Positions 9,318 through 19,825 of a DNA stretch of 64,000 nt are shown piece by piece. This DNA comes from a virus (taxonomy: Duplodnaviria; Caudoviricetes): IMG/VR virus record IMGVR_UViG_3300005714_000005, positions 41,751 to 105,750 of that record; one strand, written 5' to 3'. Position 1 is the stretch's first letter. Each line of letters starts with the position of its first letter. Below the pieces are notes generated by a model. The model saw only the letters and a program-made list of their open reading frames with translations, was not told the DNA's origin and made no database searches. Both the position numbers and the translations under genes were made by a program.

Positions 9318-12300
9318 TTGAAAATGTTTAGACCTATTTATTTTAAAGAAAATGATTGTAAACTAATCCTAATGAAGAATAGACATGAGGAGCTAATTGA
9401 GATTAATCTTGATGTCAATGAGGTTGAAAAAGTTACCTTTAACGTAGAAGAACCTGCTACAATGATTATCAACGTGCCAATGTATATTAATCGTTTCATG
9501 GGTTCAACAGACCAAAAAATTAAAAACCCTGTGTTTGATTTAATCAAAGGGAAAATGCAACTTGTATTAGAAATCAATAATGACAAGTATAAATTTTTTG
9601 TTGACTCAATCAAAGAAAATGAGAAAAAGGAAGGTTCAGTAAAAACCATAACTTGTCGTGAGTGGCAACAAACTCTAAGCAAGATTAATTGCAACATGAA
9701 AGAGGGAGTTATTACAAGACAACTTTATAGAGGAACTAATCAACTTGAAGTTGGGGAAGGTATGTTGGATTTATTTGTTAATAGTTGCAAAGGTTGGAGT
9801 GTTGGTCATGTAGACCAAAAAGCTCAACAAGAATTAACAATGACTGCATCTTCAGAAAAGGTAATTCTTTATGAAAATTTAACTATTGACGAAGTTAAGG
9901 TCAATACAACAGACGAACCAAATAATTGGTTATTCAATCGTGACATATCTATCAACATTGGTGATAAACCTTTAAATATGACAATCAGTTGGGATACTAC
10001 TGTTTATGATACAAACGGAAAAGTTTACATCAATGCAACAAATGAACACAATTTCTCTAACCTACCTTATGCAGTTAAAAATATTAAAGCAGAGTATATT
10101 GTTACACCTCGCTATCCTTACGGTATTAAGTATACTATAACCTATATCAACGATACAACAGAAGAATTTAGTTTTGCATTTATCAACTGTAAAGGGTTGA
10201 AACTTGTAGCCAAGACAGTTAATGTTGTATATGAATTAGGAGATTTTGTTGAGAATTGGGTAACTAAATATCGTAGCTTTCAAGCTCAAACAACTTCATG
10301 GCTAACAATGTTATCTCAAATTGAAGAAATGTTTGATTGTATTATCACATTCGATTCTTATAATCAAATTATCAATGCTTATGACAAATCAACCTTTGGG
10401 AAAGAAACAGGTTTATATTTATCATATGATAATGCCTTAAAGGAAATTACAAAGGAAAAGAAAATAGAAGATATTGTTACACGCTTGGTTGTAGAAAGCA
10501 ATAATACTTCTATTGCAAGCGTCAACCCTTTGGGTACAGACTATATTGAGTCATTCAAATATTTCCAAAATGCAGGTATTATGTCTAATGAATTAACTTA
10601 TGCTATGGAGCAATATGATAAGCTATTAGCATTAAAAGACAAAGAATTTGATACTATTAAGATAGACTTATATGCTAAAAATCAACAGATTACATTGGTA
10701 ACAGGTCGATTAACTTCTTTAGAAAATAAGCTCACAGCAGAAAATGCTATTTTGAGTTCATATATCAAATTCAAAAATGATGCACCTGAGAATGAGAAAG
10801 ACGCTTGGGCTAAGAAACAAGCTGAACAACAAGCAATCGTTGCTGATTTGGAACTTCAAATCGCACTAGCTAAAAAAGAGTTAGAGAAATTAAATAAAGA
10901 AGCAGATGCTTTACAAAAATCATTAACTCAAATTGGGATTGATATTAAAAAGGAAAATGCGGTATTCAATGGAGAGAAGTTATTCTCTGAAGCATTATTG
11001 CTAGAATTATCAGACTATATCATAGAGTCAACTATATCTGATGAGGTGTATTTAACTTCAACCGCTTTATATAATCATGCGAAAAAGACATTAGATGATA
11101 TGCAATCGGTAGTAGTCGATTTCTCAATAGCAGATGCAAATGTGGATTTCCTAAATAGATTACGCACCCCAAATGGATTTGGTGATTTCATCTTCTTGGG
11201 AGCAAAAGTTGATATTGAGGATAGAAGTGGAGAATTGGTTGGTACAGATGGTAGAGTTATTCTTTATGGATTTGACTATAATCCTAAACTCAATAGAATT
11301 ACCAACTTGCAATTCACCAACAACAAAGAAAAACCAGTATCGGCATTAAAGGCAATTGGAAATATTCGACAAGCAGTAAATGCTACCAAATCATTAACAG
11401 ATTTCTATAAATCTACTTGGGAGCAAACAAGAGATCAAGTCATAGACGTTGGGAATATTATCAACAATGGTTTAGACTTGGCAGCTCAAAAGATACGCTC
11501 GCAGACTTCTAAAAATATTATTGACATGACAGAAGCAGGTATCTTCCTAATTGATGCTAAAGACACTAAAAATCAATTGGGTATGATTAATGATTTAATT
11601 TGCATGACCGATGACAAATGGAAAACAAGTCGTATCGCTATTTCACCTGAAGGAATTATAGCAGACCAATTAATTGGTAGAGTTATCTTAGGTCAAGAAT
11701 TGTATATCTCTAATGGAGATTTTGGATTTCTTGTAAGAGAAAATGGATTAACAATTAGAGATAAAGCAGGCTCAGACAAAATCTTCTTAGGTTTAAACAA
11801 TGGTGAGCCAACCTTTAAATTAGGAATGAATAAGCAACAAGACCACCTAATGTGGGAAAATGGTGAGTTATCTATTCGTGCTAAGAAAATATCTATCGGT
11901 GCAGATGATGTAGTCACTAGCACTACGCTCAGTATCGAAGTAGGGAAAATTCAGACTCAAATTAAGGATACTGAAAATTCATTGCAAAGTAGTATTACTC
12001 AAACTGCGAGTGATATTAGAACTGAAATTAAAGATACGAAAGATGGCTTAGAGTCAAGTATTAATCAGACTGCAAGTTCAATTCGTACAGAACTCAAAGA
12101 TACGAAAAATGACCTAGAGAGTTCAATCACTCAAACTGCTAAGGATATTAGATTGGAAGTGTCTGACGTTAAATCAGGATTGGAAAGTAGCATTAGTCAA
12201 ACCGCTAGTGATATTCGATTGGAAGTTAGCACAACTGATAGTAACTTACGTTCATTAATCAGTCAAACCAAATCAGATATTGAATTATCAGTATCTAACG

Positions 12301-13439
12301 AAGTTAAAGATTTACGTGCTTCAATCAAAGTCAATGCAGATAACATTACATCTACGGTTGAAAACACCAAAAGAAGTGGTATCGAATTATTACCGCAAGG
12401 ATTTAGGAGAAATTCTTCTAGTGGATACTTTAGTTCATACAATACACACCATGTTAATGAGTGGGGATTGTACACTACTGGTAGGGAGTGGGTAGGTACT
12501 GATTTTATAGCAATAGACCCGTTGTTGCCACTTTCATATTATTTTTATGTTCAAAATACTGGTGGGAGAAATCCATTAACCTATGTTGGAATCGAGCAAC
12601 ACGACTGGAAAAAACAACCGATAGGTGCAAATGCGAGTACAATTTATTTCATTCATGAAAAATTCACAGGTTATAAAACTGTGTCGGGTGTACTAGAAGC
12701 AGGAGCGTTAGATAGTAACACTAAATTCATCAAATTTAGATTTTTAACTAACTGGGATGATAGCGGAATTGCTGAAAGTTATATTCACGAAATGTCGTTA
12801 AAGCAACTGGCAAACATAAACTCATCAACACAGATTGCACAAATGGATGATAGAATTACTTCTACTGTCACTTCTATTAGTACGGTGGACGGGAAAGTTA
12901 ATTCTGCTCAATCACAAATTGACCAACAAGCTACACAAATAGCATCGAAAGTGGATGTTAATGGTGTTAAGTCAATTATCCAACAAAATCCTGAGTCGGT
13001 ACGAATTGGATTCAATGGCATATCTAACTATTTTGATTTAAATGCCCAAAGATTACGAGTTGGTCATGTCGATGGTTCATACACAGAAATTGGGCAACAT
13101 GGTATCATGTACTTTGCACATGGGAGTGGGAATAGATACCACAATCTAATGAAGCAAGGTTGGTTAGGACAAATTCAAGGAACTCAATGGAGCAGAACAA
13201 TTTCCCTACCCCCTGAATTTAGAGGTAAAGCATTTTCAGTTATCGTAAGTGTTACCGAGGTAAATGCTATCAATACACATGATGTTATCAAACATTTTAA
13301 AGTTACTGTGCCTCATGATACTGTTGACTATGCCAATGGTACATTTATTATCAATATGTCGGCAGTTGCCTATTGGGTGCCAGGTCAACAACTTGCTACT
13401 GCAATTCAAAGTGACATATCTTGGATAGCAATAGCTTAA
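9318..13439 (+). CDS. Tail hub/spike (Tal-like) protein
   Basis: 1373 aa after the tape measure gene; prophage-tail-type N-terminus, AISPEGIIADQLIG motif, gp58-like coiled-coil repeats, C-terminal beta domain. Confidence 0.8.
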   Translation: MKMFRPIYFKENDCKLILMKNRHEELIEINLDVNEVEKVTFNVEEPATMIINVPMYINRFMGSTDQKIKNPVFDLIKGKMQLVLEINNDKYKFFVDSIKENEKKEGSVKTITCREWQQTLSKINCNMKEGVITRQLYRGTNQLEVGEGMLDLFVNSCKGWSVGHVDQKAQQELTMTASSEKVILYENLTIDEVKVNTTDEPNNWLFNRDISINIGDKPLNMTISWDTTVYDTNGKVYINATNEHNFSNLPYAVKNIKAEYIVTPRYPYGIKYTITYINDTTEEFSFAFINCKGLKLVAKTVNVVYELGDFVENWVTKYRSFQAQTTSWLTMLSQIEEMFDCIITFDSYNQIINAYDKSTFGKETGLYLSYDNALKEITKEKKIEDIVTRLVVESNNTSIASVNPLGTDYIESFKYFQNAGIMSNELTYAMEQYDKLLALKDKEFDTIKIDLYAKNQQITLVTGRLTSLENKLTAENAILSSYIKFKNDAPENEKDAWAKKQAEQQAIVADLELQIALAKKELEKLNKEADALQKSLTQIGIDIKKENAVFNGEKLFSEALLLELSDYIIESTISDEVYLTSTALYNHAKKTLDDMQSVVVDFSIADANVDFLNRLRTPNGFGDFIFLGAKVDIEDRSGELVGTDGRVILYGFDYNPKLNRITNLQFTNNKEKPVSALKAIGNIRQAVNATKSLTDFYKSTWEQTRDQVIDVGNIINNGLDLAAQKIRSQTSKNIIDMTEAGIFLIDAKDTKNQLGMINDLICMTDDKWKTSRIAISPEGIIADQLIGRVILGQELYISNGDFGFLVRENGLTIRDKAGSDKIFLGLNNGEPTFKLGMNKQQDHLMWENGELSIRAKKISIGADDVVTSTTLSIEVGKIQTQIKDTENSLQSSITQTASDIRTEIKDTKDGLESSINQTASSIRTELKDTKNDLESSITQTAKDIRLEVSDVKSGLESSISQTASDIRLEVSTTDSNLRSLISQTKSDIELSVSNEVKDLRASIKVNADNITSTVENTKRSGIELLPQGFRRNSSSGYFSSYNTHHVNEWGLYTTGREWVGTDFIAIDPLLPLSYYFYVQNTGGRNPLTYVGIEQHDWKKQPIGANASTIYFIHEKFTGYKTVSGVLEAGALDSNTKFIKFRFLTNWDDSGIAESYIHEMSLKQLANINSSTQIAQMDDRITSTVTSISTVDGKVNSAQSQIDQQATQIASKVDVNGVKSIIQQNPESVRIGFNGISNYFDLNAQRLRVGHVDGSYTEIGQHGIMYFAHGSGNRYHNLMKQGWLGQIQGTQWSRTISLPPEFRGKAFSVIVSVTEVNAINTHDVIKHFKVTVPHDTVDYANGTFIINMSAVAYWVPGQQLATAIQSDISWIAIA
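11950..12360 (+). repeat. About six tandem 22-aa (66-nt) repeats in the Tal-like protein
   Basis: QTASDIRTEIKDTKDGLESSIN and variants. Confidence 0.85.
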
Positions 13440-13454
13440 TAAAGGAGAAGAGAA

Positions 13455-13709
13455 ATGAAAGTTTTATACGATACAATGACGATTTACTATCGACTAGAAA
13501 CAGGTACTATCAAAGAAATTCATAGTGGTTCTTGTGATATGTCTGTTTTTGGTGAAGAAAAGTCTGATTACGAGAAAATTTGGGGTTGTGTTGTAGTTGA
13601 TTATGACGAATATGTACGACTTAACCCAAGTCAATTTTTAATTGATTTAAACAAGAAAGATATTGTCTATACACAATCAACTTCAATAAACAAATATAGA
13701 AGTTTATAA
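13455..13709 (+). CDS. Small tail-associated hypothetical protein
   Basis: 84 aa, AAGGAG RBS. Confidence 0.65.
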   Translation: MKVLYDTMTIYYRLETGTIKEIHSGSCDMSVFGEEKSDYEKIWGCVVVDYDEYVRLNPSQFLIDLNKKDIVYTQSTSINKYRSL

Positions 13710-13731
13710 AATTTGAAAAGAGGAATAAAAT

Positions 13732-13887
13732 ATGAACCATACACAAGAGGAATTGATTCAAGCAATCAAAACATTAGCACAACAAAATGCTAATTTAAGT
13801 ATCGAAAATGCTTTACTGCAAGCAAAATTAGAAAGCGCTTATAGAAATATTGATGAATTATCACAAAATCAAGAAGAAACTAAATAA
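13732..13887 (+). CDS. Small coiled-coil protein (51 aa, not in ORF track)
   Basis: GAGGA RBS; MNHTQEELIQAIKTLAQQNANLSIENALLQAKLESAYRNIDELSQNQEETK fills the gap exactly. Confidence 0.7.
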   Translation: MNHTQEELIQAIKTLAQQNANLSIENALLQAKLESAYRNIDELSQNQEETK

Positions 13888-13901
13888 GGTGGTTAAATAA
13901 C

Positions 13902-14696
13902 ATGGCACAATTTAGACACACGAAGTTTTCTTTTGATGGGATAAGTTGTGACGAGTTTGGTTTAGTAATGGTGAGTGTTGATAACGATGAGCCAACGAAA
14001 CAAATTGGTGTTAAACGCTCACCCTCACTAACCGAGGCTAGTTATGGTAGATTCTCGTTTGATGGAATTGCTACTGAAACGCCTACCTTTACTTTTACTT
14101 TGTTAAAATGTTCAGATAACTATGACCCACAACCATTCACACAAGATGAACTTTTTAAAATCAATAGTTGGTTATTCAAGACCAAAGAATTTAGACCTTT
14201 TATTTCACAAGAAAATCCTGGTATCGTTTACTACGGAATGTTCGTAGGTGGTAACCTATGGCAAAATGAAGCTAATGAGGGATATTTAGAAGTGGAATTT
14301 CAATTAAATACCTCTCATGCCTATGGTGTCATTCAAAAAATTATTAAGTATGTAGATGGCACAAATGAATTTTCAATTAATTGTAAAGATAACGTAAATG
14401 GCTACTCTTTGCCTGATTTTGAATTTCATTTGCAAGATACCGAAACAGAGTTCAAAGTTCAGAATTTAACAACTGGGCAAGAGATGAAATATTTTGACTT
14501 AGATGAAAAAAGCCGAGAGGGGTATCTTTATAATGACGGTTGCCAACATACGGTTAGCTTAATTGACTCAACTGTAAATATGCGACCAAAATGTAATAAG
14601 AATTATCTAAGATTAGAATATGGAAATAACGATATAAAAATTATAGGTAAAGGTACTTTCATTATTTACGTACAACCTAAAGTAGCTTTACAATAA
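13902..14696 (+). CDS. Distal tail protein (Dit-like)
   Basis: FSFDGISCDEFGL N-terminus and YLRLEYGNNDIKI C-terminus typical of Dit proteins. Confidence 0.75.
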   Translation: MAQFRHTKFSFDGISCDEFGLVMVSVDNDEPTKQIGVKRSPSLTEASYGRFSFDGIATETPTFTFTLLKCSDNYDPQPFTQDELFKINSWLFKTKEFRPFISQENPGIVYYGMFVGGNLWQNEANEGYLEVEFQLNTSHAYGVIQKIIKYVDGTNEFSINCKDNVNGYSLPDFEFHLQDTETEFKVQNLTTGQEMKYFDLDEKSREGYLYNDGCQHTVSLIDSTVNMRPKCNKNYLRLEYGNNDIKIIGKGTFIIYVQPKVALQ

Positions 14697-14728
14697 TTAC
14701 AAAATATTTAAAAAGAAAGGGTGATAAA

Positions 14729-16474
14729 ATGAGCTATCTTGATGAGGAAAGTATTCTTTTTAAATTAAATACAGATAGAGATGGAAACCCAACATCGACA
14801 ATCACTACCGAACAACAACAAGTAGATACGTTAAAGAACTTAATCCAACTTGTCCAACTTCCTGACCATCTTCAAAATATTGAAGTAACAGATTCAAAAG
14901 GGCAACGAATGATACAAGTTAGAAATACTGATGCAGTATTAAAAGATAATGAAATTCGTGTTAGTTTCAATCAAGGTTTAATTTTCTTCTCACCTAATCG
15001 CAAGGGAGAAACATTTACTATCAAGTATTATGCACGAGGAATAGAGTTAATTTCAACCAATCGTTTATTCTCTCCTGAGCAACCAGGGATTCCTTTTGGA
15101 GATGTTATTCAACAAGTGCATCAATCTTTAGATACTCTAAAAGGTGTCATTGATGATGCTAGAGATGAATTAAACATTATTGAAGAAACTCATGGTGGTC
15201 TTATTCCTGCATATAATCACCTAAAAGAAGCAACTGCTGAGGGTGAGAGAGTAAATGCAACTGTGAAAGCCACAAATGAAACTGCAAAGCAAACAAATAC
15301 AACTCTTATTGGCAATATTAGCACAGGTAGGCAAGTAAGTCAAGACCTTGCAAGCAAGAGCAATGTAGGCGGTCAAATAATTAAAAATTTACAAGACTCT
15401 ACTGCAACCGCTAATCAAACAAATTCTACCTTAAATGCAACAATTCAAACTGGAAATGGAGTACATACAACTTTAACCAATGATATTAAGACTGCTAGAG
15501 AAGTTGATACAAAATTAGTAGCCGATACAAATGAGGCTAAGGCAGTTAATAAAAAGTTAGAAAGCAATACAGACGAAATTGTTCGTTGGAAAGATTATAG
15601 CAACGATACAATCAATGTCAACTATCCTCGCTTAGACATTGAGGTGCAATCACTTAATGCTAAGGTTAAAGTATTAGAAGATGACTCTATTGAAAGCACA
15701 CCTTACAATAATCAAATGGTTGATGCAATCTTTCCAAATTTACATTTAAATGTAGACAAGTTAGATAAGAAAGTAAATGATACAAAACAAGCAGTTGACA
15801 TGAATGTGATTGAAGTTAATAAATTAAAACAATCTGTTGATACGCTTAACAAGCACAATCATAATAGCACATATCTAGGTATAAATGCAACTGCACAAAA
15901 TAGCTTAAAATTGGGTGGGGCTTCTGCTTCTGTCGCACCAACTCCTAATACAATTGTTAAACGTGATGCACAAGGTCGTATTAATGTTGCTGTAGCTTCT
16001 GCTAATGTTTCTTTCTTAGACGAAACAGGTGAAATTGAAAGCGAGAATATTTCAGATGCTATCAAAGAGATTTGGGGTAAGACAAAGCAAGGCGTTGAAA
16101 CTCGACAAAGAACAAATGAAAAATTATCAGAGTGTGGAAATTGGACTCCTACAAGTTGTGACAACTCTGCAATTTCTATTTTAAATAGCAAAGGTAATTA
16201 TACAAGAATCCAAAATCAAATCAATCTAGTTGGTGAGATTACTTTTTCTATTGAAGAAGAGATTGACACTTTTGAAATTGAAGGATTGCCTTTTGCTTTA
16301 GGTGAGTCAGATTGTGATTATGTTGGAACTTGTGTAGATATTGATAATTCAATTATATCACCTATTTACATTTTATCAAAAGATAATGAGAAAATCACTA
16401 TCGACCTAAAACATGACGACATTCAGAAATCAGAATTGATTACTCTACGCTTCACATTAACTTATTCTATTTAA
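14729..16474 (+). CDS. Baseplate/tail fibre protein
   Basis: 581 aa, coiled coil, PNTIVKRDAQG motif, C-terminal GNWTP...GNYTRI...GLPF fibre-tip domain. Confidence 0.65.
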   Translation: MSYLDEESILFKLNTDRDGNPTSTITTEQQQVDTLKNLIQLVQLPDHLQNIEVTDSKGQRMIQVRNTDAVLKDNEIRVSFNQGLIFFSPNRKGETFTIKYYARGIELISTNRLFSPEQPGIPFGDVIQQVHQSLDTLKGVIDDARDELNIIEETHGGLIPAYNHLKEATAEGERVNATVKATNETAKQTNTTLIGNISTGRQVSQDLASKSNVGGQIIKNLQDSTATANQTNSTLNATIQTGNGVHTTLTNDIKTAREVDTKLVADTNEAKAVNKKLESNTDEIVRWKDYSNDTINVNYPRLDIEVQSLNAKVKVLEDDSIESTPYNNQMVDAIFPNLHLNVDKLDKKVNDTKQAVDMNVIEVNKLKQSVDTLNKHNHNSTYLGINATAQNSLKLGGASASVAPTPNTIVKRDAQGRINVAVASANVSFLDETGEIESENISDAIKEIWGKTKQGVETRQRTNEKLSECGNWTPTSCDNSAISILNSKGNYTRIQNQINLVGEITFSIEEEIDTFEIEGLPFALGESDCDYVGTCVDIDNSIISPIYILSKDNEKITIDLKHDDIQKSELITLRFTLTYSI

Positions 16475-16489
16475 TAAGGAGGAATACAT

Positions 16490-16792
16490 ATGGTAAATAC
16501 AAAAACAATTCAATTATCAATTGTTCAAGAAACAGTTCAATTGCTTGAAACTACTGAAAGTGGTATTTTACAAGTGCATGAGATTACACGCAATATTGAC
16601 CAATCAACAGGAACGGTATATGGTGAATCTCATTGGCGTACAACTTTAGCACCTACTGATACTGAGGAAGGTTTAGCTCAAGCACAAGAAATTTTAACAG
16701 AGAAAAATTTTGAGATTGCTTTATTACTATGGGACGAAGAAGTTGTAACTTCCTATCGTACTTTACAAGAAAAAGAAGAATTATCACGTTAA
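16490..16792 (+). CDS. Small fibre-associated protein or chaperone
   Basis: 100 aa, acidic, AAGGAGG RBS, follows a fibre gene. Confidence 0.55.
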   Translation: MVNTKTIQLSIVQETVQLLETTESGILQVHEITRNIDQSTGTVYGESHWRTTLAPTDTEEGLAQAQEILTEKNFEIALLLWDEEVVTSYRTLQEKEELSR

Positions 16793-16847
16793 TTAAAAGT
16801 CTTGGCTATATGTCAAGACTCATTTTATTAAGAAAGGAGTTGTTTAG

Positions 16848-19439
16848 ATGGCACAATATCAAGGAAGAATTGCTAAGTTGGCAGATAAGGATAATAATAC
16901 GGTTGTTCCTATCACCAATGCAAGAGCAGTTGAGGTAAGTAAAAATCGCAACCTTGAGGCAATTGTTGATAAAGTTGACGATATGGAAAATGTTGCTCAA
17001 CGAGTTTTCAATAATTCAATTACGCCAATAATCACGCCAATTCAAACTTCTGTACAACGACTAGACGGTATTGAAGCTAAAGCTAATGCCAATACTACAA
17101 AAGTCAACCAACTTGAACAAAAGCAAACTTCTGATAAAAATGAACTTGCCAACACGTTAAATGGTGTAAAGCAAAATGTCCAAACTATTGAGGGTAATGT
17201 TACCAATACTACTAATACCGTAACTCAACATACTCAACAGATTGCAGATTTAGAATATAGCGTTGGTGAAGTTTTGCCTAAAGCAGAGGAAGCGGTTGCT
17301 AAAGTTGATGGAATTTTAGGTGAGAAATATATTGATTGTATTGCACAAGGGAAGATGACACAAGTTGGTAAGCAATCAGATGGCAAAGTAGTTGCTATTG
17401 ATAATTCATTTGCAAAGAGCGCCATGTTGAAAGGTCAGACTTTGGTGAATTTAATAACTTCACAAACACCAATTAGAACAGGTTCGAACTATAAAGATTA
17501 CTCAATCGGGTATATAAAAGCTAATCAAAAATATTTAGCAATTTTTAATGCGGAATCATCTTCTAGTTTGTTAAGATGTGGGATTTTGAAAACAACAGGA
17601 GAATGGAATAGCGAAAACCTAATTGTAACAACAGGATTAAATAAGGTTGTATTAACAGCTACAACAGATGTGCAAGTAGGTTTTAGGGTTAGATATGGCG
17701 ATTCAGAAGTATCCCACACGTTAAATGTTTCGAATGTTAGACTTATCGAATATCAAGACGGAATGGAAAATTGGGATATTCCTTATTTTGAGGGAATGGC
17801 TAGTGTTAAAAATCTTGTTGTGACAAGTACAGGAAAGAACTTAATATCGTACTTACCGCCAACCGTAGCTAGTGGAATGACTTTAACACAAACCGATGTT
17901 AAGTCAGAATTAGCTATTAGTGGCACTTGCACCGCTAGTAATTATGATTATTATTTTGCACGTTCTACTCCTGGCGCTGTGATTGATACTGAAGTTACAA
18001 GACTATTAGTTAATGCACCTGTTGGGACAAAATTTGTCTTGTCAAACAATTTGGGGAAAGAATGTTATTTTGGAGTAAGTAGAAATGGTTCATCTACAAT
18101 AACATGGATAGCAGGTAAAGTTGGCTATGAAGTAAAAGCTGGGGATATTAATGTTCAAGCATTTGTTCGTTTTAAGCAAGGTGACACCTACAGTGGAGAA
18201 AGATTAAAAATCCAATTGGAGATAAGTCCATCTGTTACAACTTACGAACCATACAAATCACACATCACATCTTCAACAGAGGAAATTATCCTACGTTCGT
18301 TACCAAATGGTGTATGTGATACATTAAACTTGGTTACAGGTGAATATGTGCAACGTATTGGTGAGGTTGTGTTAAGTGGTGGTGAAAATTGGACTCCTTC
18401 AAGTAGCGTATCTAATACAGAGCTTCTTCGATTTGATTTAAACATGGGGATTTTGAAGGGCTATGGGAAAGTTTTGTTGTGCGATAAGTTTCCGTATCTC
18501 TATATACATAATCTTGTCGGAGGAAGCTCGACCGTCAATCAAGAATGTGTGTCAAACCACAGTACAAACGAAAGTCTAAACCTCGTTATTAGAAAAGATA
18601 GACTAGCACCACAAAATATCGATGGTTTTAGGACATGGCTAAAAGCCAACCCAGTAACAATCCAATACGAACTAGCAACACCTGTCACTAAAAAAGTTAA
18701 ATTATCAAATTCGCCATTTATGTTCAAAGATGGGCATATTATTTTATCTAGTGCTAATGATTTATTACCTACTTTTACTTATACTGCAACTGTTGGTATC
18801 AAAGGTCAAGTAGAAACATTAAGCAATGTAGTAAGCAATATCAAGATAGAAGATGGTGTCGTAGCTCCAAGTCCTAATACCCTCGCTAGACGCAACAACG
18901 AGGGAAACATCTATGCAAAAGATAAATTTATTTTTGAAGATGGGAAAGCCATAAAAGTAAATGGCGAACGTATTCAATGGGGAAATACAGCAGATTGGCA
19001 CAATATTCACGATAGCCAATCGCTACCTGTTGAAAAAGGCGTTTGGACACCTAGATTTGAGGGTGTGCTAGGTGGAGTGTGTAATACTTATGACATTCAA
19101 GAGGGAATTTATTGTCGCATAGACAAGTTGGTGCATATTCAACTGAAGTTAAGTGTTAATGATTATAAAGTATGTCAAGGTGTCTTTTGTGTTAGAGGAT
19201 TGCCATTTACACCAGGTAATGCACACACCGCACTTTCGATTGGAGTAATTAACAATTTAAAAACAACACTAGACAATGCTTCTGTAAATGCCTATATAGA
19301 CGCCTCTACCGATAAGATAATACTTGGATTTAATGAAATAAGAGATGGGTCAATGCACTATCAATTTGAAAATCCACAAGTTGCCAATCCCGCAAAACCT
19401 ATACTTTTAATAATTGCAGGAACATATATGATTGACTAA
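16848..19439 (+). CDS. Tail fibre/receptor-binding protein
   Basis: 863 aa; coiled coil, CBM-like insertions (YFEG, YEPYK, LRSLPNGVCD), C-terminal GVWTP...GLPF domain. Confidence 0.75.
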   Translation: MAQYQGRIAKLADKDNNTVVPITNARAVEVSKNRNLEAIVDKVDDMENVAQRVFNNSITPIITPIQTSVQRLDGIEAKANANTTKVNQLEQKQTSDKNELANTLNGVKQNVQTIEGNVTNTTNTVTQHTQQIADLEYSVGEVLPKAEEAVAKVDGILGEKYIDCIAQGKMTQVGKQSDGKVVAIDNSFAKSAMLKGQTLVNLITSQTPIRTGSNYKDYSIGYIKANQKYLAIFNAESSSSLLRCGILKTTGEWNSENLIVTTGLNKVVLTATTDVQVGFRVRYGDSEVSHTLNVSNVRLIEYQDGMENWDIPYFEGMASVKNLVVTSTGKNLISYLPPTVASGMTLTQTDVKSELAISGTCTASNYDYYFARSTPGAVIDTEVTRLLVNAPVGTKFVLSNNLGKECYFGVSRNGSSTITWIAGKVGYEVKAGDINVQAFVRFKQGDTYSGERLKIQLEISPSVTTYEPYKSHITSSTEEIILRSLPNGVCDTLNLVTGEYVQRIGEVVLSGGENWTPSSSVSNTELLRFDLNMGILKGYGKVLLCDKFPYLYIHNLVGGSSTVNQECVSNHSTNESLNLVIRKDRLAPQNIDGFRTWLKANPVTIQYELATPVTKKVKLSNSPFMFKDGHIILSSANDLLPTFTYTATVGIKGQVETLSNVVSNIKIEDGVVAPSPNTLARRNNEGNIYAKDKFIFEDGKAIKVNGERIQWGNTADWHNIHDSQSLPVEKGVWTPRFEGVLGGVCNTYDIQEGIYCRIDKLVHIQLKLSVNDYKVCQGVFCVRGLPFTPGNAHTALSIGVINNLKTTLDNASVNAYIDASTDKIILGFNEIRDGSMHYQFENPQVANPAKPILLIIAGTYMID

Positions 19440-19467
19440 TTATTCTCTCGAAAAGAGGAGGTAGAAA

Positions 19468-19689
19468 ATGCAAGGACAAATTGTAGTACATAAAAACAAG
19501 AAAACGCAACAAGTTGAATTTCCTGTAACGGTTGAACAAGCTATTGTTTCAAGCAAAGGAGTAAACCTAGCCGATACATTAGATGAACTCAGAGGAGAGA
19601 TAAATACTTTAACGGTGCAACTTCGACATTTGGAAGTGGCATTACGAAGTATTTCAGAGAATGAAGAGGAATACAAAAAGACCACCTAA
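19468..19689 (+). CDS. Small protein resembling the N-terminus of the 863-aa fibre
   Basis: QGQI...FPVTVEQAIVSSKGVNLADTLD versus QGRI...VPITNARAVEVSKNRNLEAIVD. Confidence 0.65.
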   Translation: MQGQIVVHKNKKTQQVEFPVTVEQAIVSSKGVNLADTLDELRGEINTLTVQLRHLEVALRSISENEEEYKKTT

Positions 19690-19819
19690 ATAGTGGTCTT
19701 CCCTAATAAAAAGCGTTAAAAAGTAATAAAAGTAGATTGAGTAAGTAGTGTGAATTATATAATACAAAGGAGAAAAATATTATATGTAAGCAAGATAGAT
19801 GGAAAGTCAACTTGCTTAC
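19673..19819 (-). ncRNA. Candidate antisense small RNA (~147 nt)
   Basis: Own extended -10 promoter, 5' hairpin GUAAGCAAG/CUUGCUUAC, anti-SD tract UUUUUCUCCUUU, terminator AAGACCAC/GUGGUCUU plus U tract oriented on the minus strand; no RBS-led ORF seen. Confidence 0.5.
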
Positions 19820-19825
19820 AATATT

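Noticed and set aside
11950-12360. 66-nt tandem repeats as a CRISPR-like array
   Set aside because: In-frame degenerate coding repeats without unique spacers; no cas genes
19468-19819. Type I toxin-antitoxin pair (73-aa ORF with the convergent sRNA)
   Set aside because: The 73-aa protein has no hydrophobic toxin helix, resembles a fibre N-terminal module, and the overlap is under 20 nt
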